From NCBI GenBank assembly GCA_937625935.1, contig OW569369.1:248001-312000 (forward strand): a stretch of 64,000 bases of DNA, given 5' to 3'. The position numbers were made by a program, and so were the translations under genes. This document shows, in pieces, positions 21,594-33,301 of the stretch. Source of the stretch: Tetramitus jugosus. Its lineage: Eukaryota > Protista > Heterolobosea. The notes below the pieces were generated by a model. The model ran no database searches, was not told where the DNA came from, and worked only from the letters and a program-made list of their open reading frames with translations. How positions within the stretch are numbered: the first letter of the stretch is position 1; each line of letters begins with the position of its first letter.

Positions 21594-22904
21594 ATGACAT
21601 ATTCTGGATTTGTTCTTCGGCATCGTCAACAAATGACTATCTATCGTCGGTTTTTCACCATATGCAAACATATTTGGCCACAGGAACCCTCGATTCAACA
21701 AGAGTTTTATGAGCGAGTGGTTTTGGTGGATGAGGAAGCACAGCAGTGTTGGTCACAACAGAAGAAACTCTGGTTTCATATGAATCAGTTGCACATGATA
21801 AGAAATGCATTGGCTACTGCGGTGGGTGCTCATGATGTTGCTGTAATGTCCCTGTTGATGCATACTCTGATTTATTTGGATCTCAATTTTAAGAAGGATG
21901 ACGAGCAGAGTGAAGTGAAAGAAGATGGAGAAAAGGATATGAAGAATGAACAAAATGGTTCGATACAGCGTCAACTTTATCATGACTTTGATTTAAAGTC
22001 ATTCCTTACATGCTGGATCCGGAATTGCAAAGAGGCAGAGCAACTACCATTTATACTCTACTTGTTTACGTGTTATCAGTTCTGTGACAATGAAAGCGAT
22101 TGTGATGTCGATGATATCGAGTTTGAACATTTTTTAATAAGATTGATGGATCAGAGTGATGAACAGAGTGAATCAATAATATACCAAATGAACTTGAGAC
22201 CTCTTGAAATGAAATATTGGCTACAAAAAGTTTTTTGGAAGGCTATTGATCTAATTGGTTCAAGAATGAAGAGCAGTAATCGAGATGACGATACAAATAG
22301 AGCAATCCTGACGTTTAGACAAAAGCGACAAATGCATGAGTACTACTTGTCACTAGGTATACGAACATGCGAAGTTTTTGAAGCATTATTCTTAAACATT
22401 GGAGGTGAAATCGGAACGTCTGTGGATGTGAAAGCGTTGTGTCAGCAGAATATTGAGAAGGATAATGTTTTCCTGGGAAAGATGAAGGAAGAACATGTAA
22501 AAATATTATCTCACAGTACAAAAAGGGAACACTTGGAGTGTGCAGTGTCTATTCTCAGTCATCTTTTGGAGAGTGAAAGCTTGAGAGGAGAGCATTATCG
22601 ATATCACTACATATTAGCAGGTATAAGGCACAAGCTAGCTCAATTTACAGAGTGTTTAGATAGTTTTGAACAGAGTATACAATCAGCAGTCAGTTCTGGG
22701 CATGATATCGACCTCTATATTTTATATCATTTTCAGTTAGTACTTCAACTGCTATCTGTAAATCAGAAAGAGCTCTCCATTGCAAATTTATCCGCCAAGC
22801 AACTACAAGGAAGCTCGTCTGATCAATATTGGAAACAGATGTGCGACAGGTATCACTTGGAACCTTATGTCTCAAAGATGAAGCAAATTACATACCAGAG
22901 GTAG
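21594..22904 (+). CDS. Unknown alpha-helical protein, possibly TPR-like near the C-terminus; start uncertain
   Basis: Open frame of 463 codons; first in-frame ATG at about 21594; YHYILAGIRHKLAQFTECLDSFEQSI is TPR-like. Confidence 0.55.
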   Translation: MTYSGFVLRHRQQMTIYRRFFTICKHIWPQEPSIQQEFYERVVLVDEEAQQCWSQQKKLWFHMNQLHMIRNALATAVGAHDVAVMSLLMHTLIYLDLNFKKDDEQSEVKEDGEKDMKNEQNGSIQRQLYHDFDLKSFLTCWIRNCKEAEQLPFILYLFTCYQFCDNESDCDVDDIEFEHFLIRLMDQSDEQSESIIYQMNLRPLEMKYWLQKVFWKAIDLIGSRMKSSNRDDDTNRAILTFRQKRQMHEYYLSLGIRTCEVFEALFLNIGGEIGTSVDVKALCQQNIEKDNVFLGKMKEEHVKILSHSTKREHLECAVSILSHLLESESLRGEHYRYHYILAGIRHKLAQFTECLDSFEQSIQSAVSSGHDIDLYILYHFQLVLQLLSVNQKELSIANLSAKQLQGSSSDQYWKQMCDRYHLEPYVSKMKQITYQR

Positions 22905-23243
22905 TAGCTCATAATCATGTTTGTAGAATGATTGATGTATTCAACACTCGCTTGTTGGGAGGCTATGAGAATAGAAACTCTCAGATCGAGCCTTGGCCAA
23001 GTGGAACCTAGAACGACAATCCAAGAATTGACCTGAAAGATATTCACCTCGATGATTTTCGATTTGATGAAACAAGATGGGCAATGGGACAACGAAGTGG
23101 CCATCTTTGAAACAATGATAATATCATTGAATTCAAGTTCGACGATCACACTTCCATTGTATCATGTTAATTCCAACAAAATTTTCTCCGCTGAAAAAAC
23201 AAAAAACCGATCTCAACAAACACCGAAACAAGAACAAAAAACA

Positions 23244-26231
23244 ATGAGTGTTTCAGCTGAATGGTACCATCATCATCCGATATGCTACTCTTTTTAAATT
23301 GTTTTGACATTTCACCAATATACTAAACAACAAACACTTATCAACCAATATCCATTCACAACTTTAATAACAACAAAAAATAGGGTTCAACTAGGCCGAG
23401 GAAAACGTGGAAAACCAGTGTACTATTCGAGAAATGAAACGTATGCAATGGATTGGAGTCTAGATGACATTGATTTGAATGATGTGCTAGTGAGTGTAGG
23501 GACGTTTGGAGGACCTCTTGGTAGGTATTATCTTGTTTGTTGTGTTGTTATTGTGTAGTTGAAAAGTTGTTGTTTGCTTATTGCATGTTTTTTCTCATGT
23601 TGTTCTTGTTCTTGTTGATGATGATGATGATGATTAGCTCTGACGAGAAATCCAAGAAAAATGTTGAGAGTCAAGGCCAATGAATCCAGCAAGCAACTCA
23701 TTTCCATGTATACGTGCTCTGGTGTGTTAATGTCCAGATTTGAATGGAACACTCAAATGAAGGGAATCATTACTCACATGTCATGGTCCAATGAAGAGAA
23801 TTTAGTTGTTGTTTCAGAGTATGTGTTTGCACGAATATTCGTTGTTAATATATTTGTATTATTGTTTGAATGATGAATGGACAACTGAAACAAATTTTTT
23901 GAACAACTTGTGTGAAAACAATAATAGAGATGGTAGTGTGTACATGTACGACATTCATGGTAAGCCTGTAGGTTCATTTAGCTTTGTCGCTGATGTGAGA
24001 GAGAGTGGAGTATTGCAAACAGCAACCTGGGGCAACGGTGTCGCCATTCTAACAAAGGATTTTAAGCTTTGGGTCGTAAGTGATTTGGAAGCCCCATTTT
24101 GTGAACAATTTGCTCGGATACCTGTTGTGTTGGACTTTGATGATGAAAAAGACATTGGAATGGCTGTATTGGCAGAGGATCAGAACCCGAATGGAACCGT
24201 CGAAGTGTTGCTTAGCGTTCCTCAGAGTAATTCTGTATTTGTGGTGAGCAAGGATCGTTGTATGGATATGAAGGTGGAGAATGGACCCTTTTCTCGAATT
24301 GTTCCATCACCGAGTGGTGAGGCTATTGCGCTGTTTACAGATGCTGGTGGTCTATGGGTCATTCAATCCGATTTTTCCGAAAATCACCCAGAGTTTAATA
24401 CGAAATCGAGTGCACCACCGCATCAAGTGGCTTGGTGTGGTGAAGATAGTGTGTGCTTGTATTGGGAGCCTGATCAGATTAACCGTGATGGTGCATCTTT
24501 GCTTCTCATGATTGGACCTACTGGCGAGTTTCAAAAGTTTACATTTGATGGACCTATTCACCTATCTACCGAAATTGATGGTGTGAGGATTTTTTCGAAT
24601 GATTCGAGCGAGTTTCTACAGCGAGTTCCCGAACCTATATTTGATATATTTAGGATTGGTTCTCTGACACCTTCCGCAATGTTGTTTGATTCCTATATTG
24701 AATTTGAGAAAAAGAATGCGTCATCGATCAAAAATATTCGTTCCATTAAGGCTCACTTGCCCAATGCTGTACGCAACTGTCTCTCGGCAGCGGCAAACGA
24801 ATACAATCCAAGTTTACAGCGAAATCTGTTGAAGGCAGCGACATATGGAAAATCATTTTGTGAGGAGTTTAATCACGCGGATTTTATGAACACTTGTAAA
24901 GTGCTCAGAGTAATGAATGCTGTCCGTGATTTTAATATTGGAATACCAATTACTTTTGAACAGTATGTATCTTTGCTCATCCAACTTGGTATATCTTGAA
25001 AACATCTTGATAACATTGTGCTTACTTGCTCTTTCCCTTTTATTCAATGATTCGAATGAAAAGATACAAGAGATTGACTCCGAATGTGTTGATCGATAGA
25101 TTAGTCAATCGATGCCATCATCTACTAGCCTACCGCATTTGTGAATATCTCAAAATTAAACCTGGTAACGTGCTAGTGCATTGGGCTTGCTCCAAGGTGA
25201 ATAGCGATGAAGACGATCAGGACATTTTGAAATCGATCAAGTCCAAGTTAAAAACGTGTGAAGGAGTGTCTTACGCCACTGTTGCATCTGTTGCACATCG
25301 AGCAGGTCGGAAGGATCTTGCTATCAGTTTGTTGGAGAAGGAGGAGAGAGCTGGCGAACAAGTACCACTACTATTGAACATGGGAGAAACGAAGAAGGCC
25401 TTACGACAGGCAATCTACAGTGGAGAAACCGATCTCGTCTATTTGGTGTTGTTGCATATGAAGAAGAAGCTCGAACCATCAATATTCTTCTCCATCATTA
25501 ATGAAAAGGAGTTTGATGTTGCCCGAAATCTCTTTGTATCGTATTGCAAGGAACAAGACATTGAGTTCTTGAAGGTGTTCTACCATGCGCTCGAATTACC
25601 TCACGAAGCTGCAATGATGACAATCTATGAATCGTATCAAACAGATGACATATTTACTCGACGGAAACTTCTGTCTCAGGCGAGTACTCTATTTGCAAAG
25701 AGAAGGGATACAATAACTGACTCGAAGGGCTCCGAACAACAAAAATTACTTCTCGAGATTCAAAGTAAGCTCGATGATAGTATAGGAAGGAATTTGTTCA
25801 CAGGCCTATCGGTCAGTGACACTATTTACAACTGTATTTTGATGGGCGATAAGCTTGAGGAAAAATTGAAGAGTGAATTTGGAGTTCCAGACAAGAGATA
25901 TTGGTGGATCAAGGTTGCAGCATATTCAAAGTTGGGAGATTGGGAAAAATTAGAAATCTTTGCAAAGAAGAAGTCACCTATAGGGTTCAAACCATTTGTG
26001 GAAGCATGTATCAAGAGAGGAAATCATGTCGAAGCAATGAAGTATATCCCAAAGGTAACAGATGCTTGGGAAAAGGTTGAACTCTATGTAGAGTTGGCAA
26101 AATTCAAAGAAGCTATCGAAACTGCCTACGCCCAGCAAGATATTGACATGCTATCATATATACAATCCAAGACTACCAATCAGAAGACGAGACAAACAAT
26201 CGATGAGTTATTGGTCAAGTTAGGTGCTTAA
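23244..26231 (+). CDS. VPS16: Vacuolar protein sorting 16 (HOPS/CORVET), multi-exon
   Basis: MSVSAEW, FGGPL, QVAWCGEDSV, EIDGVRI, LLKAATYGK, LRVMNAVR..IGIPIT, VLVHWACSK, VPDKRYWWIKV, KKSPIGFKPFV. Confidence 0.93.
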
Positions 26232-26285
26232 TTTTGAACATAATAACAGCACTATGTATTTTCTACATTGTCAACTACATGCTAT

Positions 26286-26804
26286 TCAGTTGGAACTCAG
26301 ATCGGAATCCTCGAATTCTTCCACGTTCTTCACATAGTTGTCCCGTAACTCATCATTGACTTGGTACGGGGTTCTTATTTGGCTCAATTGAGCTTCCAAC
26401 TTCTCAAGTTCATCGTACGTGTTGCTTTCCTTCACCTCCGACTTTTGTTCCTTGACCCAATACACCCTGTTGGAATTTTTCGAATTTGTCACAAGCTGTG
26501 TCCTCTTGTCCGAAGGCATCACGACGTATCCTTGCTGAGTAGGCAACAACCCAGGACGAAGAAGAGATGTTTCTTTTTCTTTTTCAATATGGTCCAAAGA
26601 ATAATCCACTACTCTGCCCAGTTCTTTCCTAATGACCTTTTTCTTTGCAGGTATGATCTGTTGGAGAGTGTAGTCTGTCAAATCCTCAGAATCTCTTTCA
26701 ACATAGTAAACAGTGGTTTTCGAATCTAACTTTGTCACTGGAGTATGTACTGGGAGTTGAACATTGGATATGGGGTTCGGTGCAAGAGACTGGTTCTGAC
26801 CCAT
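26286..26804 (-). CDS. Unknown 172-aa protein with a putative N-myristoylation motif (MGQNQS)
   Basis: ORF with ATG at 26804 and an MGxxxS start. Confidence 0.6.
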   Translation of the reverse strand: MGQNQSLAPNPISNVQLPVHTPVTKLDSKTTVYYVERDSEDLTDYTLQQIIPAKKKVIRKELGRVVDYSLDHIEKEKETSLLRPGLLPTQQGYVVMPSDKRTQLVTNSKNSNRVYWVKEQKSEVKESNTYDELEKLEAQLSQIRTPYQVNDELRDNYVKNVEEFEDSDLSSN

Positions 26805-26936
26805 TCTTGATTCCAATCGTAGATCTACCACCGGGCGCTTTTTTCCCTCCAAAATTCATGGTTTTTGGCGCCAAGCGAGCCAAAAATCTTGACGTTTCAG
26901 CCACAAAAAATTACGAAAGACGAATTTGTGATAGCC

Positions 26937-28462
26937 ATGATAGACACAGATCGCTCACTGTCCTATGAATCACTCTTTTTCACAAACTTGCTACTGTTGG
27001 GTTTCAATGTTGAAAATCATGAGAAGGAATACCGAATTCCATTCCACAAGGACATGTTTAAATCGTCCAATGTAAGAGCCATGGAAATTATCACTCATTT
27101 CATGATGGGCAAAATGGAGGGAGACAAAAAGAGGAACCAAATGCTAAAGGCTTGTTGGCCAGTTGCCGGAAAGAACGAGAGAAATGAGTTTCGGAAGATT
27201 ATAGGTGAATGGATGAAGAATTTGTTGAATCGAAACATCCAGAGAACCATGTTGATGACATGTTACGGTGAAAAGTATGTTTGGTAGTTGATTAATTTGT
27301 GTGCTTCAATATTTGTGTGTCAAACTGTACGATTAACAAACACAACAACAACATGACATTAGTTTTGTACAGTTACTCCATGATTTGTCACACCATATTC
27401 TGCTTCATTACTTGAAGCAAAAGTATCCGGATTATGTGACTCAACGTGCTCCATTGTCTGCTCTACAGAGTATGGATTCCATTGCGTTGCTCCAAAGTAA
27501 CTCCAATGCTGATGCTGCAGATCAATTACGGTGTCTTACAAATTCGCTCATGTTACATGTGCGGAATCAGAGTCAACAATTACTGGACAATACGAGTAAG
27601 TTTGTTGCTCAAACACAAGAGTGGAAACAAAGTGCAGACAAGGTGACATCGGAGCTCAATATCATTACACAGAAACATGGCCAATTGCATGAAAAGCTCC
27701 ATACAATGAAACAGCTGCCACAAGATGATGTGGAGAATCAGAGAATGATGGAGCAACAGATACGGCAGACTTTATCTATGTTCAAGAATTTGCACGAGAA
27801 GAATCAGTCGATACAAGGTATGTTCGTTGCTGTGCTTGCTCCGTTTTATTTATGATGTGATCTAACTTGGCTAATCGTTTCTTCGCAAATTGTTAGATGT
27901 ACAAAATGATATGTGTGAATCATCCGTGAGAAAACCAATGGATCACTCTTCAATGCAAACTAGGAATCTTCCAAGTATACTTTCGAGATATAACGAAGGA
28001 ATGAAACAGATGATTATACAGACAAACAATCAACCATCACAAAACTCATTACTAGGCAATCCGGAAAATGTGTACAAGTTCTCCACGGAGCAAAGGCAAC
28101 TGTACGATAGTTACTTGCAAAACTTGCAAAACTTTTCAACAGAACTTAAGGAAGTGGCTAACAATCAGGAAAAGAGAATTGAAGCTCTGCATTCAGAGGT
28201 GCAAAAGAATCAAAACTCTTCATCCCAGTTGTCAGTCCCAAGAAACTCCTTCTCTTTAATGCAGCCAACACCTCCCAAGCAACCATTCAATGTCATGGAT
28301 TCACCAATGAACAGTACTGCCTTGTTCCCTGTCACGCCCAAAGGTGAATTCAGGAAGCCACAACAACCGGCTAGTGCCTACAAGTCTCCCATTGTCACAA
28401 CCAGCACTCCCCAGAGAGAAAGTATAGTAACACCATCCTCGAAGTGGACCTTTCCTCGATAA
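26937..28462 (+). CDS. HAUS6: Augmin/HAUS subunit 6-like (3 exons)
   Basis: FFTNLLLLGF, MFKSSNVRAMEIITHFM, CWPV..KNERNEFRK, YGEK|FVQLLHDLSHHIL match the HAUS6 N-terminal domain; coiled coil and S/T/P-rich tail follow. Confidence 0.8.
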
Positions 28463-28633
28463 AGCTCATGATGCAGATAATACAATCCCGCTTATGTTCC
28501 ACAAATGTCCCACCCATGCTCCTTGTTCGGCAAAACTTGTGAGCTTTGTATTTCGTGTTTCCGCTTGAATCAAACAAAAAAGAATTCACCACGAGAGCAC
28601 AACAGCAAACAACAACCATTTAACAATCATATC

Positions 28634-30049
28634 ATGCTGCAAAGATCAAGACTCGTTCTACAGCACACATCAACAATCAAAAGAGTGACGCTCGCTCGTG
28701 CGTCCCTTCTCCCCATTGTACAACACCAGCACTCTTCTCCGCTCTTTGCTATTTCTCCTTCTCAGTTTCCCGCCCGGTATTTTTCCTCAAATTTTCCGCG
28801 ACTGACACTACAGGAAAAAGCTCTAAATACTGCGCAAGCTCAGCAACCACAATCAACCTCCCATACAACAACAGTCAATGAAAAGCAACAACAAAAACAT
28901 TCAAACAACAAGGAAGAAACTGAGCAAGAGTATGAAAAACGCTCCAAACCACTCAAAATCTGGCTCTTTACACTATCTACTCTCGTGTTTGGTATCGTAG
29001 CTGTAGGAGGTCTCACACGTCTCGAAGAAGGAGGTCTCTCAATGGTCACATGGTCCCCACTGGGCAGTCTACCACCCATGACTGACGAAGAATGGAACAA
29101 GGAGTTTGAACGGTACAAGCAATACCCAGAATATCAAAAGAAGAATATGGGTATGACAGTGGATGAATTCAAGTACATTTTCTGGTATGAATACTTGCAT
29201 CGTATGCTTGGTCGTGTCATTGGAGTGACTTTTGCTGTTCCCGCCATTTATTTCTCCGCAAAGGGCTTGATCCGATTCCGTCCTCCAAGGATTGTCGGTG
29301 CAGCGAGAACACTGTTGATTGGCTCGTTGATTGGGTTTCAAGGTCTACTCGGTTGGTACATGGTCAAGAGTGGACTTGACTCTGAGCATCGACTCATGAA
29401 GGATTACAACAATGTTCCACGTGTGAGTCAGTATCGATTGGCGAGTCATTTGTTGACTGCGTTTGCCATCTATGGTCTATCGGTGTGGGCACTGTTGGAT
29501 GTGGTGTCTCCCAAGAGATTCGTGCCCGATTTGGTAAGCAAGGAGGCGTTTGTGGTGAATCGATTAAAGTCAATGGCTCGAGCATCACCCTTCTTGACTG
29601 CCCTGGTATTTATTACGGCAGCAAGTGGTGCGTTTGTGGCAGGAATGGACGCTGGTCTCGTCTACAATGAGTTTCCACTCATGGGTGGCAAGTGGATACC
29701 GAGCGATATTGCTGCGTTGCCTGTCTGGTGGCGAAATTGCTTTGAGAATGCAACGACTGTTCAATTCCAACATCGTTTGTTAGCCACCATTACCTCTCTT
29801 GCGATTGGAACCATCTATACGGCCAATCGCTTTGGAAAGGGAGGTACCACTTGGAAGGCGTTGCCACCTCGAGTTAGACTTGCAATCAATGCAATGATGG
29901 CTGTTGTGTGCTTCCAGTACGCTCTCGGTATCACCACTCTATTGACCTATGTCCCAACCTCGTTGGCCAGTATGCATCAAATGGGCAGCTTGACACTCTT
30001 CACAACTTCCATCTACTTTATGCACGTGATGAGGAGGTTGCGATTATAA
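28634..30049 (+). CDS. COX15: Heme A synthase
   Basis: VGGLTRLEEGGLSMVTW, FKYIFWYEYLHRMLGR, QGLLGWYMVKSGL, VSQYRLASHL, GAFVAGMDAGLVYNEFPLMG, VQFQHR; mitochondrial presequence. Confidence 0.96.
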   Translation: MLQRSRLVLQHTSTIKRVTLARASLLPIVQHQHSSPLFAISPSQFPARYFSSNFPRLTLQEKALNTAQAQQPQSTSHTTTVNEKQQQKHSNNKEETEQEYEKRSKPLKIWLFTLSTLVFGIVAVGGLTRLEEGGLSMVTWSPLGSLPPMTDEEWNKEFERYKQYPEYQKKNMGMTVDEFKYIFWYEYLHRMLGRVIGVTFAVPAIYFSAKGLIRFRPPRIVGAARTLLIGSLIGFQGLLGWYMVKSGLDSEHRLMKDYNNVPRVSQYRLASHLLTAFAIYGLSVWALLDVVSPKRFVPDLVSKEAFVVNRLKSMARASPFLTALVFITAASGAFVAGMDAGLVYNEFPLMGGKWIPSDIAALPVWWRNCFENATTVQFQHRLLATITSLAIGTIYTANRFGKGGTTWKALPPRVRLAINAMMAVVCFQYALGITTLLTYVPTSLASMHQMGSLTLFTTSIYFMHVMRRLRL

Positions 30050-30133
30050 GGGATTGAATTAAATTAGGAGGGATTTATGTTTTTTACAATTTAGATAAGT
30101 GTGGTACATGTTTTTGTAGAATAGTCACGTAGC

Positions 30134-33100
30134 TCAATCCTGAGATTCGGCAGGGTCATCGAAATGATCCCTCAATGCTTCTTCAACCAAATAGAAGTGA
30201 TCTTCCTCCTCACTTGCGTCTCCAGTGTAAAATACATCGACCTTTTCATTGAAAATGAGTCTTCTCTTGCTCTTGTTCTTCCTTGTAGGAGTGCTATCGT
30301 GTTCATCTTCATTGATTAGTGCTCCCTTCGATGGACTCAACGTTCCATCACTGAGAGGATCACTACTGTCGGTACCGATTGAGAATGTAGCTGTTCTAGC
30401 CGCCTTGGCAGCCTGTTGCTTCAAAATCTTCTTCTTGATTGGCACCTGAGGATTGAATCGGTGCTTCTTGTAAATAATCACCTGAACACTACCCACTGTG
30501 GTAGTTGTTCGTTCATCGGTAGAGTCTGATGGAAGGGTAGGCGAGAAGCATTCTTGCGTTGGAGTGGATGCAGAGCTGCTTGACAAGTCATCGTCTCTTT
30601 CCTTGAGTCGCTTGAGTCCCTTTTGTTTCTTCATAATACCAATAGCAAGTGCATTGTAGAAGAAGGAGCTGAGACTTCCCTTGGGTCTCGTCAACTTTTG
30701 ATTCGTGAACGGTTCGTGGCACAACTGAGTTGTTGTCAACCATCCATCGTTGTGCATCATGTTACGAACACCCATCCGCGCAGTGGCAGCAGCAAAAATA
30801 CACCAAGAAATCTCCAACAGAATATTCTCAATTTCCTTTGGACTGTACTTGCTTCCATAGGGAATGAAAATGGAGCTGTAGTAGCCATCGACGTTTGGAT
30901 GAGGTCGCTCAGGCTTCTTCTTCTTTTGTCTAATCTTGGCCTCACCCTGTTGACTCAACATCATTTGCAACTGTTGACTGAAGGGCACATCTTCGTATGC
31001 AGTGTTCACACGCAGTGACTTTCGATATTCGAGACTGAGCTTTGTCGATTTTCGTCTCTTCTTGTTTGGATCAGTCGATGTAGCTTCGACTTCTTGATAC
31101 TTTTGACCCAATTTGCCCTTCTTTCTCTGTTCTCTGGTGAAAATCTTGAGTGCCTTGACACTGAATTGCTCAGTCTGTTCCAAGTCGCCGATATCACACA
31201 CGTGGAACTCTGTGAGATCGTGTCGCTTGTAATGCTGATCATCCACCTTTTTCTTAATAAAGTCAAACTTGAATGTCCAGTAGGCTCTATTGGTCAACAA
31301 CAAGAATCGCTCCTGATGCAAGTTTTGCTTATTAAACTTGACCACGTGCCATGCTTTGATCAACTTTTCAAACTCAGAGTGCAACTCGTCATCTTCATTG
31401 ATCAATGTTGAGTCTTGTTGCTGATGTTGCTGTTGTGAATCACCACCTCCATCGTTGCCTCCACCATTACCACCGCCACCAGTTCCCTGCTCCTGTTGTC
31501 TCTGTCTCTGTTGCTTGTTCCATGACTCAATTCTCTGCTTGTAATAATGCTCGATAAACTTTACGCACTGTTCAATGGCAAACTGTTCCTTCTCTTGTGA
31601 CTCCACATACTCGTCATATCGTTTCTTTGTCTCCTTGTCTGCCGTCTCCACATTGATACTGTTGAAGAATTGTCTCTGTGACTCTGATGTTCCATTCCAC
31701 CAATTCAAACTATCACGGTTCAAAATCTGTAGGAACAAGTTCAAATCACCCCGTGCTACATTGAACGTCTTGGCCGCACTGCTCAACAGATCCATCTTGA
31801 AAATGGGAGTCAACTCCGTGTCATAAATACCAGTCAATTTGAAAATTTGGACGAGATCATTGGCTCTGAACACACCAGTGTACTCTGCCGCTTCCAAACA
31901 CAGTCTCAATGTCACTGAACTATTCTTCTCATCGATATCAAAGTCCTTTCTCGTTCCGATATCACCCGGTTGCAACGCAATACCAACGCACCGCAAACCA
32001 AACGGCAACGCATCCACCAGCACATCATCCTCATACACGGACAACAATTCAAACGCTCTCAAAATCTCCTCCAGCACCATTGCACTCCGATCATGATAAA
32101 TCGTGTACACCGCCCTTGCATAGTCCTGTGCCGCATAATCAATACTGTCCCAGTGAACCACCAATGAGACACGATGTTGCAAAATGGATTGAATTCGTTG
32201 TTCGTACTCTGGTATATAATAATTTTGAATCATGTACTGTTGCAACTCTGTACATTTTTCAATACTCTTGGTCACATCTCTGAAAATCCAATTGATTTCC
32301 TCCTGATCCGTCACATCAATCTCCACAACATCACACAATGTTCTCGTCTTTGCATCATAGTATCCCATCATTCTCGGATTGTCACTGTACTTGATGACGT
32401 ATCGTCTGAGACCATTTTGCAAAAAGGATCGAATTTGTTCACGTTTACTACTACTACCAGTTCCGCCACCACCACCACCACCATTGGTACCACTAAAGGA
32501 TTGTCTTGTATTGAACGATGATGATCCACCACCACCACCACTTGAGGAAGAATTGGAAGCAGTTTCAACCTCTTTACAATGAGACAAGAGAGAACTGAGG
32601 AGTGAAATGGCACAGTCTTTGCTAATGAGACTGTCCAAAATGGTTTCAATCACTTCTTGAGCACCTTCGTTGATCAACGAGTGGAAGAGATCGTTGAATG
32701 ATGACCAATCGAATTCGACCTTGACTTGAAACGAGTCCAAATCGTTCAATAATAATTTTGTTTGTTCTTCTTCATCGTCGTCATCGTCATCGTCATCATC
32801 GTCTTCAGCATCGTCTTTTTCCTCATGAGCTTGTTTGCTATTCGTAGAGATTTCAGTTTGTTCCTTGTTGTTCGCGTCGTCGTTGTTGTTCGTTGGTTGT
32901 TGTTCGGAATTTTTATTCTCCGTCTCATCGACTACGACCGGTGGTGGTGTTTCCTTGACTTCATTATTATTGTCTTGTTCTTGTTGTTCTTGTTGATGTT
33001 GTTGTTGATTATTTTCGGTAATTTCATTGACAGTGTTATCATCAATTGTTGTTGTTGTTGTTGTTGTTGGCGTTTCTGTGCTTGTTGTCACTTGTGTGTT

Positions 33101-33301
33101 CTTATTTTGTTGCTGTTGCAGTTGCTTTTTTTGTTCTGCTCGAGCCAGTCTCTTCTGCCTCCTCTGATGGAACTGCATCTGTTGTTCATAATAGATGTGA
33201 TTGTGGATATTGTGCTTGAGTGCATGAGTGATTTTCTCACTGTACACTGCACAGATATCACTCTCAATCTTTTTCACTTTTCGTGTCACTATTTGACTCA
33301 T
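30134..33301 (-). CDS. Large low-complexity protein with an hSac2 (Sac2/TPRG1-like PH-fold) domain
   Basis: 1055-aa ORF containing WHVVKFNKQNLHQERFLLLTNRAYWTFKFDF, which resembles the hSac2 signature. Confidence 0.65.
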   Translation of the reverse strand: MSQIVTRKVKKIESDICAVYSEKITHALKHNIHNHIYYEQQMQFHQRRQKRLARAEQKKQLQQQQNKNTQVTTSTETPTTTTTTTIDDNTVNEITENNQQQHQQEQQEQDNNNEVKETPPPVVVDETENKNSEQQPTNNNDDANNKEQTEISTNSKQAHEEKDDAEDDDDDDDDDDEEEQTKLLLNDLDSFQVKVEFDWSSFNDLFHSLINEGAQEVIETILDSLISKDCAISLLSSLLSHCKEVETASNSSSSGGGGGSSSFNTRQSFSGTNGGGGGGGTGSSSKREQIRSFLQNGLRRYVIKYSDNPRMMGYYDAKTRTLCDVVEIDVTDQEEINWIFRDVTKSIEKCTELQQYMIQNYYIPEYEQRIQSILQHRVSLVVHWDSIDYAAQDYARAVYTIYHDRSAMVLEEILRAFELLSVYEDDVLVDALPFGLRCVGIALQPGDIGTRKDFDIDEKNSSVTLRLCLEAAEYTGVFRANDLVQIFKLTGIYDTELTPIFKMDLLSSAAKTFNVARGDLNLFLQILNRDSLNWWNGTSESQRQFFNSINVETADKETKKRYDEYVESQEKEQFAIEQCVKFIEHYYKQRIESWNKQQRQRQQEQGTGGGGNGGGNDGGGDSQQQHQQQDSTLINEDDELHSEFEKLIKAWHVVKFNKQNLHQERFLLLTNRAYWTFKFDFIKKKVDDQHYKRHDLTEFHVCDIGDLEQTEQFSVKALKIFTREQRKKGKLGQKYQEVEATSTDPNKKRRKSTKLSLEYRKSLRVNTAYEDVPFSQQLQMMLSQQGEAKIRQKKKKPERPHPNVDGYYSSIFIPYGSKYSPKEIENILLEISWCIFAAATARMGVRNMMHNDGWLTTTQLCHEPFTNQKLTRPKGSLSSFFYNALAIGIMKKQKGLKRLKERDDDLSSSSASTPTQECFSPTLPSDSTDERTTTTVGSVQVIIYKKHRFNPQVPIKKKILKQQAAKAARTATFSIGTDSSDPLSDGTLSPSKGALINEDEHDSTPTRKNKSKRRLIFNEKVDVFYTGDASEEEDHFYLVEEALRDHFDDPAESQD

